A DNA stretch of 64,000 nucleotides from Octopus bimaculoides (taxonomy: Eukaryota). The notes under the pieces were generated by a model. The model saw nothing but the letters and a program-made list of their open reading frames with translations, had not been told where the DNA came from and did not search any database. How positions within the stretch are numbered: the first letter of the stretch is position 1; every line of letters starts with the position of its first letter. The translations under genes and the position numbers were made by a program. Below, in pieces: positions 37,180-50,100 of the stretch. The stretch covers positions 48,809,694 to 48,873,693 of the forward strand of contig NC_068982.1 of assembly GCF_001194135.2 (NCBI RefSeq). Reading direction: 5' to 3'.

Positions 37180-37989
37180 TTGAGCATTGATTGTTGCATT
37201 AGGTGGTAACAATTCAAAGTGAATTACTCCTTTGCAATCCCACCAGATAGAGAGAAGAATCTTTTTTCCCATGAAGTCCCCTTCTTGGTTGTGGTTGAGC
37301 GTTATCCCTTTTACCAAGTCACTGCTTACGACGTTTAACATTTCGACAGAAGATCCATTTTTGTCACCAGTCTATCCAAAAAGGGTGAAATGAGTTCACG
37401 AGAATGGAGAGAAGAGCAGATGTCACCTTGGGATTTGTGGTTACTCTCAGGCAATTCATGAGGCACCCATTTTCCAAGTTTAGGAACCTTTCCAAGTTGT
37501 TGAAGATGACGATGCACAGTTGTGTAGTTTGAACTAAGCTTTATTGCCAATTCTTCAACTGATAATGCAGGATTTTCTTCAAGTAATGCCTCAAGGAGAT
37601 TATCAACAAACTCAACTGGACGTCCTGTTCGATCTTCATCTTCAAGGCATAAATCTCCACTTCAGAATTTTGCAAGCCATCTTCTGCAAGTTCTTTCATT
37701 CAAGCATTCTTTCCCATAAACTGAGTGCATGTTTCGAGTCGATTCGGCTGCAGTGTTTCCGTTTTTGTACTCATAAAGCATTATGTGCCTCAAATGCTCT
37801 TTGGATACTTCAATGATAGAAAGGGTTTTAATGAAAGATATTTTAATTTTATTATTCTGTAAAATAATATTTAAATGTACACAAATGCATAAAAATAATT
37901 TTAAATTCCATTAGACATTCTAAAATACTATTAAATTTCATTCAATTTTAAAAAAGATAAAATTGGACAGAACTTATGGGATAACCTGA
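37180..37989 (-). pseudogene. mariner transposon remnant with 5' end
   Basis: HIMLYEYKNGNTAA..EDEDRTGRPV..LGKWVPHEL..KILLSIWWDCKGVIHFELLP. Putative 5' TIR beside TA near 37989. Confidence 0.88.
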
Positions 37990-38463
37990 TACATATATAC
38001 ATACACATACATACATACATACATACACATACATACATACATACACATACGTACGTACATACACATACGTACGTACATACACATACATACATACATACAC
38101 ATACATACATACATATACATACGTACATATATATACATACGTACATACACATACATATGTGCATACACATACATATGTACATACACATGTACATACACAT
38201 ACATATGTACAGACACATACATATGTACATACCTATGTACATACACATACCTATGNNNNNNNNNNNNNNNNNNNNNNNNNNNNNNNNNNNNNNNNNNNNN
38301 NNNNNNNNNNNNNNNNNNNNNNNNNNNNNNNNNNNNNNNNNNNNNNNNNNNNNNNNNNNNNNNNNNNNNNNNNNNNNNNNNNNNNNNNNNNNNNNNNNNN
38401 NNNNNNNNNNNNNNNNNNNNNNNNNNNNNNNNNNNNNNNNNNNNNNNNNNNNNNNNNNNNNNN

Positions 38464-38520
<57 letters not shown>
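37990..38520. repeat. (TACA)/(TA) compound microsatellite with a gap
   Basis: Direct inspection. Confidence 0.95.
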
Positions 38521-38521
<1 letters not shown>

Positions 38522-39077
38522 TTTATTTATGAATGTGTGTATATATACACACCTAGAAAGTTAGATAAATAGAAAGAGAGATATATAGATAGAAGTGTAG
38601 CAATATATCAAACTACATAGGTAGATAAATATAAACACAGCATACAGGTAGATTAATCATTACACAATTTAGTTTTACCCATTCACTGTTAAGTCTCAGT
38701 TGGGATCTTTTCTGACTAGGAATCCTAATGAGAGAAATTCCCTTTATATTGTTTAACAGATGAAATACTCCGTCTTTGCGCCTCATTAAGTACTTATCTC
38801 TTTAGGCGCTCCTACAGTCAACCAATCACTCTGTTTCTGCGGATGCATGCACACACAGAAAGACACACAGCTTTATATGTGCATGAATGTTTCACATTTA
38901 TTTTCTATCAATCAATATGTATGTGTGTGTGTGTGTGTGTGTACTCACACATACACACACACATATACATACACTCGCACATACGTGCATATATACATAT
39001 ACACACACACACACATATATATATACAAAGACACATGCGTGCAAATACACATGCATATATATAAATACATATTTATA

Positions 39078-39137
<60 letters not shown>

Positions 39138-39228
39138 ATTGTATATATATATATATATATATATACTTGTGTATATAAAAGAGACCACTAAAGTGGACTG
39201 TTAATGTGCTAGAAATATATATACAATC

Positions 39229-39263
<35 letters not shown>

Positions 39264-39814
39264 TGGGTTTATGTATGTATATTACGTATGTATGTGTGTT
39301 GATCTAACTTATTTATATTTCTTTCAGTTTTACTCTTCTCTTTTCCCCTCTCCTCTTTTTCCCTCTCCTCTTTTTCCCTCTCCTCTTTCTACATTGTATC
39401 TTCCTTACTTACTGTTAAAGGATGCAAATTTTTCTTCTTCTTCTTAATCCTTTTCATCCACCCTTTCTCTCCCCACTTCTCCTTCACCTCTATCTCTCAT
39501 ACCGATTTGTTTTCAATGGGAATTTTTTTTATATTGGTTTTACTCACAATTCATTGTACTTATAGATTCTCTGCAAGCCAACAAGGCACACACTATGTGA
39601 TCAGTCAACATACAAGCTGTAGCACCGAAATCACAAACCAGACACTAAAATGACTACATTCTTCATTTGCATACAAATATGACTTGGTAGCGTATGGCAT
39701 GCTTTCGCAAGTTGTTTTAAGTGGCTATGTAATCTCCTGCGGATAGACACTCTTAGACGTCTCACCTTTCACATAGCTGAATACTGAGGACAAGACAGCA
39801 GGCATGAGAGAGGG

Positions 39815-39985
39815 CTACACTCGGTGTGGGTGTGTGGTAAGAAGCTCGCTTCCCAGTCACGTGGTTCAGGTTCAGTCCCACTGTGTGGTGCCTTAGGCAT
39901 GCATCTTGTACTATAGCCACGGGCTGACCAAAACCTTGTGAGTTGATTTGGTAGAAGTAAACTGAAAGAACTCCTTCATATATAT
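39815..39985 (+). mobile_element. SINE B 5' half (tail fragment at about 40320-40470)
   Basis: GTGTGGTAAGAAGCTCGCTTCCC..GGTTCAGTCCCACTG..GTAAACTGAAAGAA. Confidence 0.75.
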
Positions 39986-40144
39986 ACATATATATATTTT
40001 ATCAATATTTAGCAGAAGTAACAGAGTGACTCTAGGTCCAAACGTTTTCATGTGTTGGCACTTATCAGACTAGCCACAGGCCTCACACAAAGCTCACACA
40101 CCTTGAATCACTGTTATTTCTGCTATGTATACATATATTATATA

Positions 40145-40280
40145 CAAGGTGTCCACAAAGTCTGGGTACATGAGGATTAACACATACTTTAAGAAATTAT
40201 TATTTAAGAAATTATTATTATTTAATTGTTTATGTTATGATTTTATTTACTCCATGTACCCAGACCTTGTGGACACCCTG
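40145..40280. mobile_element. Tc1/mariner-type MITE
   Basis: About 28-bp TIRs CA(A/G)GGTGTCCACAA(A/G)GTCTGGGTACATG, TA on both sides. Confidence 0.85.
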
Positions 40281-40497
40281 TATATACATACATTATATGT
40301 GTGAGTGAGTGTGTGTGTGTGTTTGTTTTGGGTCTGGTTTGTCATCCACCATCACTTGACAACTGGTATTGGCTTGTTTATATCTCCATAACTTAGCAGT
40401 TTGACAAAAAGTGACCAATAGAATAAGTACCAGGCTTTAAAGAGAATAAGTCCTTGGGTTGATTAATTCAGCTAAAACCTCTTCACACATATATATA

Positions 40498-40565
<68 letters not shown>

Positions 40566-41537
40566 TATATATACATATATATATGTAAACACACACACAC
40601 ACACACATATATATATATCATCATTCTTGTTTTTAACATCAATTTTTCTATGGGTCAAATGGAATTTGGTGTGGTATACTTTCTACAGCTGGATGCCCTC
40701 CCTGTCACTAAACCCTCACCTGCTTCCAAGTAAAGTAGTAATGTTTTCCCTTGACCAGACATGATTCCACTGAAGATTGGAAACAAAGGACTCCACTTAC
40801 ATGGCGGCGACACTCATTTACAAGTATCACATGAAACGAAGGTAAGGAGATAGTGACACCCATGCTTATGATTATCATTGTTGTTATGCAAATTCCACTG
40901 ATGGAGTTTTATGTTTTAGAAACCTGTCCCATCTTTCTAGGAAGAAATCTAATGAGTGAAAAGGAGTAAAGTTGAGCATGCAGAAGATCCCCATAAAAAA
41001 CCTACACATGCTCAGGTTTTCCAAATAAAAGCAAAGAGCAAACTGATTTGTATTCTACATATGCAGGTGATTAGAGGTACAGTAAAAATTTCTAAGGTCT
41101 TCTAGAGATTCCTAGGGTGAAAACATGCATACGATTGCATACACAAATGGAATACATGTGCACATTCACACACAAACAGTAATGAAGCACACGCACTTGT
41201 GTATTAACATGACAGGCACAGAAACTACACAAATGGAAGTTTATTCACATGGACACACATACACATGTATGCATGTATCCATGCAAAGGCTCCCAAGTAC
41301 CTACCACAAATACACACACACACAGACATGCACAAGCAACACCACACATTCATTTACTCACACAGACATATACACATGCATTCAAGCATCTAATTACTTC
41401 CCACACTAACATAAAAATACATACATACATACATACATTTTTAGCGACAGAGGCAGTATTCTCTCATGGTAATTACCACAGTATAGTTTGTTCAAACAGA
41501 GCTATCCATGTTTAAGTGGGTATGAATTTATATGTAT

Positions 41538-41608
<71 letters not shown>

Positions 41609-42054
41609 TTATACACTTAGTTACACAAACATAGAAATCAATTTACATGGATTCATTCATTACATACATTCATGCACAATCTCACTCTAACACACACACA
41701 CACACAGTCACTCAAATACACAGGCACTAATACACTACACCCGGCAACGAGTTTATTACGTAAACAACTTGGTTGAAACCAATCAAACTGTTGTAAAGCT
41801 CCAAGTCAACCCTGATCAAGCAAACCTATAATCAAAGGCATTCTTGCTGTAAATATCTCATTTTATTGTAAATCTAGGATTATATTGTATAATACACGCA
41901 TTTTATTTCTTTTTATTATCAAGGCAGTTTTCCTAGCTGGTTGAAAGCATGCAAAGAACAGTAATTTCTGGAAAGTGTCCTGTGATATGTACCTACATGC
42001 GTTGCAAAAATATGAACAATTTATTTTTAAAAAACAATAAATAAACCATGGATA

Positions 42055-42440
42055 AGCGCAGACTTGGCTGTGAAGTAAGAAGCTTGTTTCTTAGCCACAT
42101 GGTTCCAAGTTCAGTTCCACTGAATTACACCTTGGGCAAGTGTCTTCAGCTATAGCCTCAGGCCAACCAAGCCTTGTGAGTGGATTTGATAGACGGAAAC
42201 TGAAAGAAGCCCATTGTATATATATATATTCACGTGTGTGTGTCTGCGTTTGTCCCCCTACCATCGCTTGACGACTGATGTTGGTATGTCAATGTCTCTG
42301 TAACTTAGCAGTTCAGTAAAAGAAAGTGATAGAATAGTAGCAGGGCTACAAAGAATAAGTCCTGAGGTTAATTTCTTCAACTAAAACTCTTCTAGGCAGT
42401 GTTCCGGCATAGCCACAGTCAAAGGACTGAAACGTAAAAG
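42055..42440 (+). mobile_element. SINE B, near full length
   Basis: GCGCAG..GGCTGTG..GTTCAGTTCCACTG..CCTTGGGCAAGTGTCTTC..GGAAACTGAAAGAAGCCC, (TA)/(TG) tract, tail ending CCACAGTCAAAGGACTGAAAC. Confidence 0.85.
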
Positions 42441-42579
42441 TATAGAAGAATATATATATCCATATATATAAGTGTGTGAATTAAACTATGCTTGACAACT
42501 AGCTTTGGTATGTTTATATCTTTGTGACTTGACCGTTTGGCAAAAGAGACTGATAGAATAGGCACTAGGCTTAAAAAAA

Positions 42580-43175
42580 CACTCCTACAGAATACTCTAT
42601 CTAAATACGATCTGGACGACCCAATGCGGTTGCTCCATGTCCACATTGGCACATTCGAGTGGTCCAGTCAGACAGTTGGAAACGTCTGAGCAGGTCTTTG
42701 AGGCATTTTCATCCCCTCCTATTACTATCTGTGCCCACGTAGTGGAGATGCTTGTCCGGGGTAGCGTCCCAATCCCCCACTAAATGTAAAAGTCGAGACG
42801 TTCCCAGGAAAACCTCTAGACGTCGAAAGAAATCTGGCCAACCTGTTAAGGACGGTGCATAAACTGCTATCAGTTTAGGCACTGCACACCCATTACTACC
42901 CACCCATTACTGCCATCGACATCTAAGACGACCAGCCTATCCTCCGGGTCTAGGAAAATTGCTCTTACTTTGAGGTCTGGACTCTTCCGAAGAAGCGCTG
43001 CAGCAGACACGGAGAAAAATAAATGTCGAAATGTCCGCCGAACATGTGCTGGAGGGCCCGCGAACTATGGAGTCTGGTCTCGCTGATGGCTATGATATGC
43101 AGATTTTGTGACTTGATGTCATTGTTTCCAAGGCGAGCCCAAGCCACGTACATTTATACTGCCTATTTTGAGCAT
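42580..43175 (-). pseudogene. Tx1/L1-clade LINE ORF2 N-terminal apurinic-like endonuclease (APE) fragment
   Basis: Across frames: MLKIGSINVRGLGSPWKQ, HIIAISETRL, LIAVYAP, LVGDWDA (GDFN-like), WTWSNRIGSSRSYLDRVF (SRID-like). These are APE motifs in the expected order. Confidence 0.85.
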
Positions 43176-43322
43176 GTTCCTATCTAAAGTTGGTTTTTAC
43201 ACACGAAAGGAAGAGAAAAAGAGAGAAAGAGAGAGAGTGAGAGAGAGAGAGGGAGTCACTGTCCGAAAGTTGTTTGTCCTTCACTTCACAGTCTTCTCCC
43301 AGAAGATTTTTGTATAGTTTTA

Positions 43323-43333
43323 GACAGATGGAC

Positions 43334-43364
<31 letters not shown>

Positions 43365-44242
43365 CAGAGAGAGAGAGATAGACAGAGAGAGAGAGAGATA
43401 GACAGAGAGAGAGAGATAGACAGAGAGAGAGAGATAGACAGAGAGAGAGAGATAGACAGAGAGACAGTGAGACAGAGAGAGAGAGATAGACAGACAGACA
43501 GTGAGACAGACAGACAGTGAGACAGACAGAGACAGTGAGACAGACAGACAGACAGTGAGACAGACAGACAGACAGTGAGACAGACAGACAGACAGTGAGA
43601 CAGACAGACAGACAGTGAGACAGACAGANNNNNNNNNNNNNNNNNNNNNNNNNNNNNNNNNNNNNNNNNNNNNNNNNNNNNNNNNNNNNNNNNNNNNNNN
43701 NNNNNNNNNNNNNNNNNNNNNNNNNNNNNNNNNNNNNNNNNNNNNNNNNNNNNNNNNNNNNNNNNNNNNNNNNNNNNNNNNNNNNNNNNNNNNNNNNNNN
43801 NNNNNNNNNNNNNNNNNNNNNNNNNNNNNNNNNNNNNNNNNNNNNNNNNNNNNNNNNNNNNNNNNNNNNNNNNNNNNNNNNNNNNNNNNNNNNNNNNNNN
43901 NNNNNNNNNNNNNNNNNNNNNNNNNNNNNNNNNNNNNNNNNNNNNNNNNNNNNNNNNNNNNNNNNNNNNNNNNNNNNNNNNNNNNNNNNNNNNNNNNNNN
44001 NNNNNNNNNNNNNNNNNNNNNNNNNNNNNNNNAGACAGACAGTGAGATAGACAGACAGTGAGATAGACAGACAGAGAGATAGACAGACAGAGAGATAGAC
44101 AGACAGAGAGATAGACAGACAGAGAGATAGACAGACAGAGAGATAGACAGACAGAGAGATAGACAGACAGAGAGATAGATTGACAGACAGACAGATAGAC
44201 AGAAATAGTTAGACAGAGAGATAGATAGACAGAGAGATAGAT
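43323..44242. repeat. Compound (GATA)/(GACA)/(GA) microsatellite with 16-18-mer higher-order units and a gap
   Basis: Direct inspection. Source of the spurious LSV/SLC ORFs. Confidence 0.95.
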
Positions 44243-44808
44243 AAGCTTTATTAGCCACACAGGGCCGAACGCAGAGGGACAAAATGCAATGTAGAGATTT
44301 TTTTTTTTCGTAAAAAAAAAAAAATTCTATCAAAAGCGATCGTGTAAACAAGCGATCAGAACTGATCGTGTATCAGAGAAAATATCATAAATGTAAAAAA
44401 CAGATTAGGTTTATGCGTGGAAAGAAAAGCCTACGGAAAAGAACACGGTAACCTCAGGCACGGAGGGAAAAACACGAGAGCAAAGTACTCTCTCTCTTTT
44501 CGATTTACAGGATCATGCTCAAAGTGATTTTGTCATTCACGCGTACCATCTTTGCTACATTCACCCACTTTTCATTGAAACTTTCACGAGACAAAACTTG
44601 CCTCTCTATTCTCACTTTCCTTTTTAAGTGGTACTTGAAAAAGTTGATTAGCGATTGGCCAGAGAGGAAAGTGTTTGTCTGTAAACCTTTTGTTCGAGTC
44701 CACCACCACACATTCTTTCACCATGGCTACTAGGCGGACTCATCCCACACGCAACAGCAGCCGCTCAGCATAAGCCCACGGGTCCGAAATGGTTGGACAC
44801 TGCACGAC
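44243..44808 (-). mobile_element. Tx1/L1-clade LINE 3' end (ORF2 C-terminus plus 3' UTR)
   Basis: VVQCPTISDPWAYAERLL and WWTRTKGLQTNTFLSGQSLINFFKYHLKRKVRIER..MIL* (stop at 44505). UTR ends GGCCCTGTGTGGCTAATAAAGCTT abutting a TATC/TGTC microsatellite. Confidence 0.75.
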
Positions 44809-47220
44809 TTTTTTACCCGGAAACATTTTTCCTAGCTAAAATTGGAGCATTTGCGTGTGCCATTTACTTCTGGACACTCATTTTCCTCAGTTAAGTAGAC
44901 TGGAAGAACAGGAAATGAAATGCTTCGCTCAAGGATACAGACACATCTGATTTGAGAACTGAATCTACAACCTTACAATCATACACCCTACACTCTAACC
45001 CATAAGTTGCCTTCACAGTATGAAGTGACTAAAAACAAAAATGACTTGCAAACAATTGATAAATAGGCTCACTCAATGGCTCAAATAGAGTTTGCAAGGT
45101 AGCGTACTGGCAAAATCATTTGTACAATGTTTTGTAAAGTGAGGTATGAAAATTCATTTTATGCAATACTGGAAATTCAAACTAACCCTCTGAATGTAAA
45201 AAGTGGATATATTGGCTCGAAATTTTATTGCTGCTAACTGCAGAAAGCATTTTTACACCAAGGCCTTGAAAAACATTTCCATATTCCAAGGAGCAGAGAA
45301 ATTCCTAATGACACTTAGTAGAGAGACCTAGAATTGAATCTTGCATTTTTCAGTTGCCAGATCCATGACACACGTAGATCATGTTCAAGTCATGTGGTCT
45401 GTCCTGATTATCAACAGCAATATCATGCAGCACCATACACAGCATTTACAATGTCCTTGAAATTCCCATGCCTTTTCCTGTTATTTAGGGGAAAAGACAA
45501 ACAAAAGACCAGAGACAGAGTGGATTTCATGGAAGTCATCTCCACTCTCACACCCGTGGAATGCCTAGCGGCCATAATGAAGCGATTAGTCATTTACAGC
45601 GTCCAGAATCCAACCAGAAATTAAATAAATTCTTCTTCATAATTTCGGACCAACTCTTTCCGACATTTTGTTGACCATTACTATGTTTGTTTGTTACACT
45701 GAAACTCAATTCTAATCTCCTACATCTCTACCAACGATCATTAGAAAATTACATAAATGTATACAATAAATATAATAAGAATATATCGTATTATGCTCAT
45801 GTTTGTCATGTACACCTAACATGCAGCTCAGCTTACATCAAACAATAACAGTATATCCATGAAACCCAAGTGATAACTTTTTACAAGAGACAATTTTTCA
45901 GATTTTCTTAACACACACACACACACACACACATACACACACACACGTATTTTTATTTCATCAAATATCTCTTTACAGAGCAAGAATCAAATACTTTTAG
46001 TGGTGGATATGAAAACCGTATGTACAAAAGATACTGGAAAAGTATTACAGAAGCAATAACTATCACTTGTATTTTTATATTATTTGGTGGATAATTAACA
46101 TAATCACAGTAATGACCATAAAGTTTAATTACACATTCAAATGATTAAACTTCACCTACCTTTGAATACAACTATGGAACAATTAATGAGGAATGCCAGT
46201 TGATGTGACTTGTCACGAAAGAGAATGTTGAACTAACTAAAGATTAGGCAAAACTGCGTCAGATCGTTAAACAAAATGTCCTGAGGTATTATTTCTCCGC
46301 TCTTTTTATTTGGAGTTCATATTTCATGACATATTTTTTACCCCTCATCTTCCAAGGTCCATAAGTATTGGGATCAATATAAGTGACTGAAAGCTCGTAA
46401 TGTACATTCCTTGAGAGTGGTGGCCTTACTATCTGTCCAGTAGTGTTTAAATTGCCAAATGACTTTCACTTACAGAGATCTACGTGCACTGCATCTAGAA
46501 GGAGGTGGGATCTTTTCTGTTTGGCTGCATCTGTGGAAATTTTGAAGTTTAGTGAAAGTTTTAAAATTTAGTGTATTGATGTAGTTTTCGATACTGAATC
46601 TCAGGAGTTTTTAGTGTGTGTGGTTAAAGCCAGCCTTAGGAGGTGTGAGGCCTTATTGGGAACAATTTTGGTCTGCCCAGTGAATATGCACCAAGGTCTT
46701 TAGTACCATAAAAATATAAAAATGTCTATTACGGACTTTATCTCTGTGGTAGAATGAAAAGCAATCAAAATGTGCACTTAAAAATTCCTGTCAGTTAATA
46801 GACTTGTAGCGGTGCTGTCAGGTTTGCCAACTAAAACCACTAGTTATGTGATCAAGTATTTCAGCAGCAAGCAGGAACCTGGTTTCAGCAGTCAAAAGTT
46901 GGAACGCAGTCTTGTGACCCTGGCTCACTGACAAGCTTGTGTTCCCCTCTACGTCTACGTCACTGTCTTATTACTAGCATTTCTGGCTGCAGAGACAGAA
47001 ACAACCAGGGACGTTGCCTCGACAACCAAGATAAGCCAGGGAGCAAGTGACACATCACTTCAACCACTGAACTGCTTGCTCATTATCGTGTTAACGGTAT
47101 ACAATTCCACGTGAGCTACGCTGTCTACCACGCATGTTATTCTCTCACTTCAGTCGTAGCTAGTGTGAGTCCTATCTTGTAAAAGTAACACAATAAATGA
47201 GTGATCAATTTGAATACGAG

Positions 47221-47552
47221 TATATTTGGATCTTTTTGATTTGGCGGACATTATTTGTTTTCTAACGAAACACTTTCAAACTTGGGATACTGGTAGAATG
47301 TGTCATATAAAACCACAAATTATTGTTGACAAAGAACAGCAGTAATTGATTCAGCTGAATAGACGTCAGTGATTGGTTGAAATTACCAAAATACAACAAT
47401 TTTTAACATGAAATAACTTCGAATATGACCATTTTTCTCTGTTCTATAAGACGAAATATACAAATATACGAAGTTTTAAAGTGTTTCGGTAGAAAACACT
47501 AAATAAAAACTAAATAAAAAATGGTGTCCGCCAAATCAGAAAGATCCGTGTA
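47221..47552. mobile_element. MITE nested in the hAT element
   Basis: Inverted termini GGATCTTT(T/C)TGATTTGGCGGACA around an AT-rich, non-coding interior. Confidence 0.7.
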
Positions 47553-47614
47553 TTTTCATCCATCACACCAGGCAATTACTAACATCAACACCACGATTTT
47601 AATATAAATTGCAT

Positions 47615-47807
47615 AAGGACGGTCGAGCCTGGAGAATCGTTAACATGTCAGCCGAAATGCTTTGTTGTATTTCGTTCGTCTTCACGTCCAGAGCTCAAAT
47701 TTTGCCGAGGTTGACTTTACCTTTCATCCTTTCGGGGTTCGATGAAATAAGTACCAGTTAAGTATTGGGGTCCATCCCAAATTTCAGGCCTTGTATCCAG
47801 ATAGAAA
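47615..47807 (+). mobile_element. SINE A, short tail, nested in the hAT element
   Basis: GAGCTCAAATTTTGCCGAGGTTGACTTTACCTTTCATCCTTTCGGGG. Confidence 0.8.
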
Positions 47808-48041
47808 GTAATATAAAATTGTAAGCCTACAAGTAAAAACAAAATTTGTATATCAACTCTGTAAAGGACACAGTCACATAACTACTTGTTTTAGTGACGA
47901 TGAAGAGATTTATTAAAAATATTTATTTTTGTGCAGGGAAAAAAAAAAAAAAAAGTCTAAATGCATCGTTTGAAACTATATTTTTAACTTCTAAAAATCA
48001 CCTAAAATTCGTAAACTATAAAAGAGTCATATTACTTTTTA

Positions 48042-48311
48042 TTATAAGATTACTTTTCTTGCTTTTCTCTCTGCAAAGTCTTTTAGAATTTTATCTATAT
48101 CCAAACTCCTGCTAATTTCACATTCAATGGACATAATTGCCGAACTGTTCAAACGTTCTTGTTGAATTGATGATTTCAAGTAAGTTTTGATCAGTTTCAG
48201 ATTGGAAAAAGTTCTTTCTCCAGATGCCACAGTCACTGGGATTGCCAAGAAAATCCGGAGAGCGTTTAATAAAAAAATTTGGAAATGCGGCAGACCTGCT
48301 GTTGCAAGCAA
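48042..48311 (-). pseudogene. hAT transposase C-terminal dimerisation domain
   Basis: ALRIFLAIPVTVASGERTFSNLKLIKTYLKSSIQQERLNSSAIMSIE matches the hATC motif (P.T.AS.ERSFS.LK.IK..LRS). Confidence 0.9.
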
Positions 48312-48535
48312 GGAATTGAAGCATTTTCTTGGGGATTTTAATCTTTCATGACGGAATTGGCTTTAGTGCCTCCATTTCCTCAAAACATGTATCCATCCAT
48401 ATCAAACAGTTTATCTAATGCACCTTTCTCCTTTTAAGATTCAGCCTTCTTTGCCTTGGCCACAGCCCTCTTCTTACTGTCACCTAAATATGTTCTGCCG
48501 ATATCTCTTAGTCTTTTACTCATGTCTACAAAAAC

Positions 48536-48569
<34 letters not shown>

Positions 48570-49909
48570 AAAGCTGACATTCATTGCAAAACTGATAAAA
48601 AACATTGTACACTGTACTTAATATCCATAACTTCCCTATTGATCGATAGAAAAATTTGGTATTATTATACTTTAACACCAAACTTGATTTCGGCAGGAAA
48701 TATTTTTTTTCCTTGATTTTTTCTTAATATTCCGAAAATGACTTTTTTTCTATAGAAAACGGAATGGGGGAGGCCACCTTCATGAAATGTGCGGGGCCCA
48801 CTTGGGCACGGTGCCCGGTTGGGAGCAATCGGTTCAATTGGCTTAAGGCCGGCCTTGTGTGTGGTCACTAATTTTGAAGTATGAAAAACGTTATGAATGT
48901 CAGAAGGCAGTTTAAACAAAACATTCTAACTTTATTAAAGTCAGAACGAGTGCTAACAAGAAGCAAGAGATGTAACGGGTATGTATGTGAATCAAGTAAA
49001 GTATTATAATTTACATTTGTATGAACAATTCTGTCGGAAGCCGTTGTAAGCTAATAAGAATGAAGCTAGCTTAAACGAAAATATACAGTTCATTATGAGG
49101 CAGAGTTGTGGCTGATGTTATCCAGACTTTCGAGGCGTGAGGTTAGTATAAACGAATTAGGTTGACAAATTTTTATTAAACAAAGCGACATGTAAATGTT
49201 TTAAAAAGTAACAAAATCCTCAATGAAATATTTTGCGAAACATTACAAAACAGACAGGGTTAGGTTGGTGTTTAGGGTCAGCCTGACAAGTAGATGACCT
49301 GGAGTTAATCAATTAGTAACACATTTTTAGTGAACATCTCTCTAAAATTTTTCTGGAACAAAATCATATTCAGTGTGAAAAATTACAACAATACACCAAA
49401 TTTGACAGCTGCTCTCTGTGCCGTTGAAACCTCATGTGTTCTCAAAGCCCGCACTGCTGATTTCCTCTGCAAAAATCAGGATAACAGTGGTCTCTCTGAG
49501 AAATGAGCCACTCAAAGTGGAGTGCCTGTTGCAGCGAGTGTTGCTGACTATTCTTTGCGGCAATACCTTTGCAGTTATGTTTGGGAGGCATGGCTGAGCA
49601 CCTCATTTGTACTGGGGAGTACAACCTGTTAGTCGTTCCTCGACCATCTTTGCAGTTTAACTCCATCCCTTTAATTTTTCTTTGTTTCCTTGTTGAAGTA
49701 ATTTTTTTTTTCTATTATCGATCATCTCGTCTATCATACTTTTAATGTTTTATACTTTCCTTTTCTTCCTGTAAAAATATACTGCTAAATAAAAAAAAAA
49801 TCTATATCGATTTACAAAAAAAAGTGTAATTAATTGAAGAAATATACTGTCAATGCCAACGGTTAATTGGCAGATTTGCACATGATGCCTTGCAATATTT
49901 GTTCCGACT

Positions 49910-50100
49910 TGGTTGAATCGTTACCGCACCGGAAAAATACCTAGTGGCATTCTATCGACTTTACGTTCTGAGTTCAAATGCCTCAGAGGTCGACTTTGCT
50001 TTCGATCCCTTTGGGACTCAAAATAAGTATCACTTATGCACTGGGGTTGATGTAATCGACTTAATCACTGCCACAAAATTACTGGCCTTGTGCCAAAATT
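49910..50100 (+). mobile_element. SINE A, short tail, diverged
   Basis: TTCTGAGTTCAAAT B-box, central block and tail GGCCTTGTGCC. Confidence 0.75.

Larger units (their letters stand above)
46625..48857 (-). mobile_element. Internally deleted hAT transposon with nested insertions
   Basis: 14-bp imperfect TIRs (TAAAGCCAGCCTTA and CAAGGCCGGCCTTA) and a perfect 8-bp TSD TGTGTGGT at 46617-46624 and 48858-48865. Confidence 0.75.
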
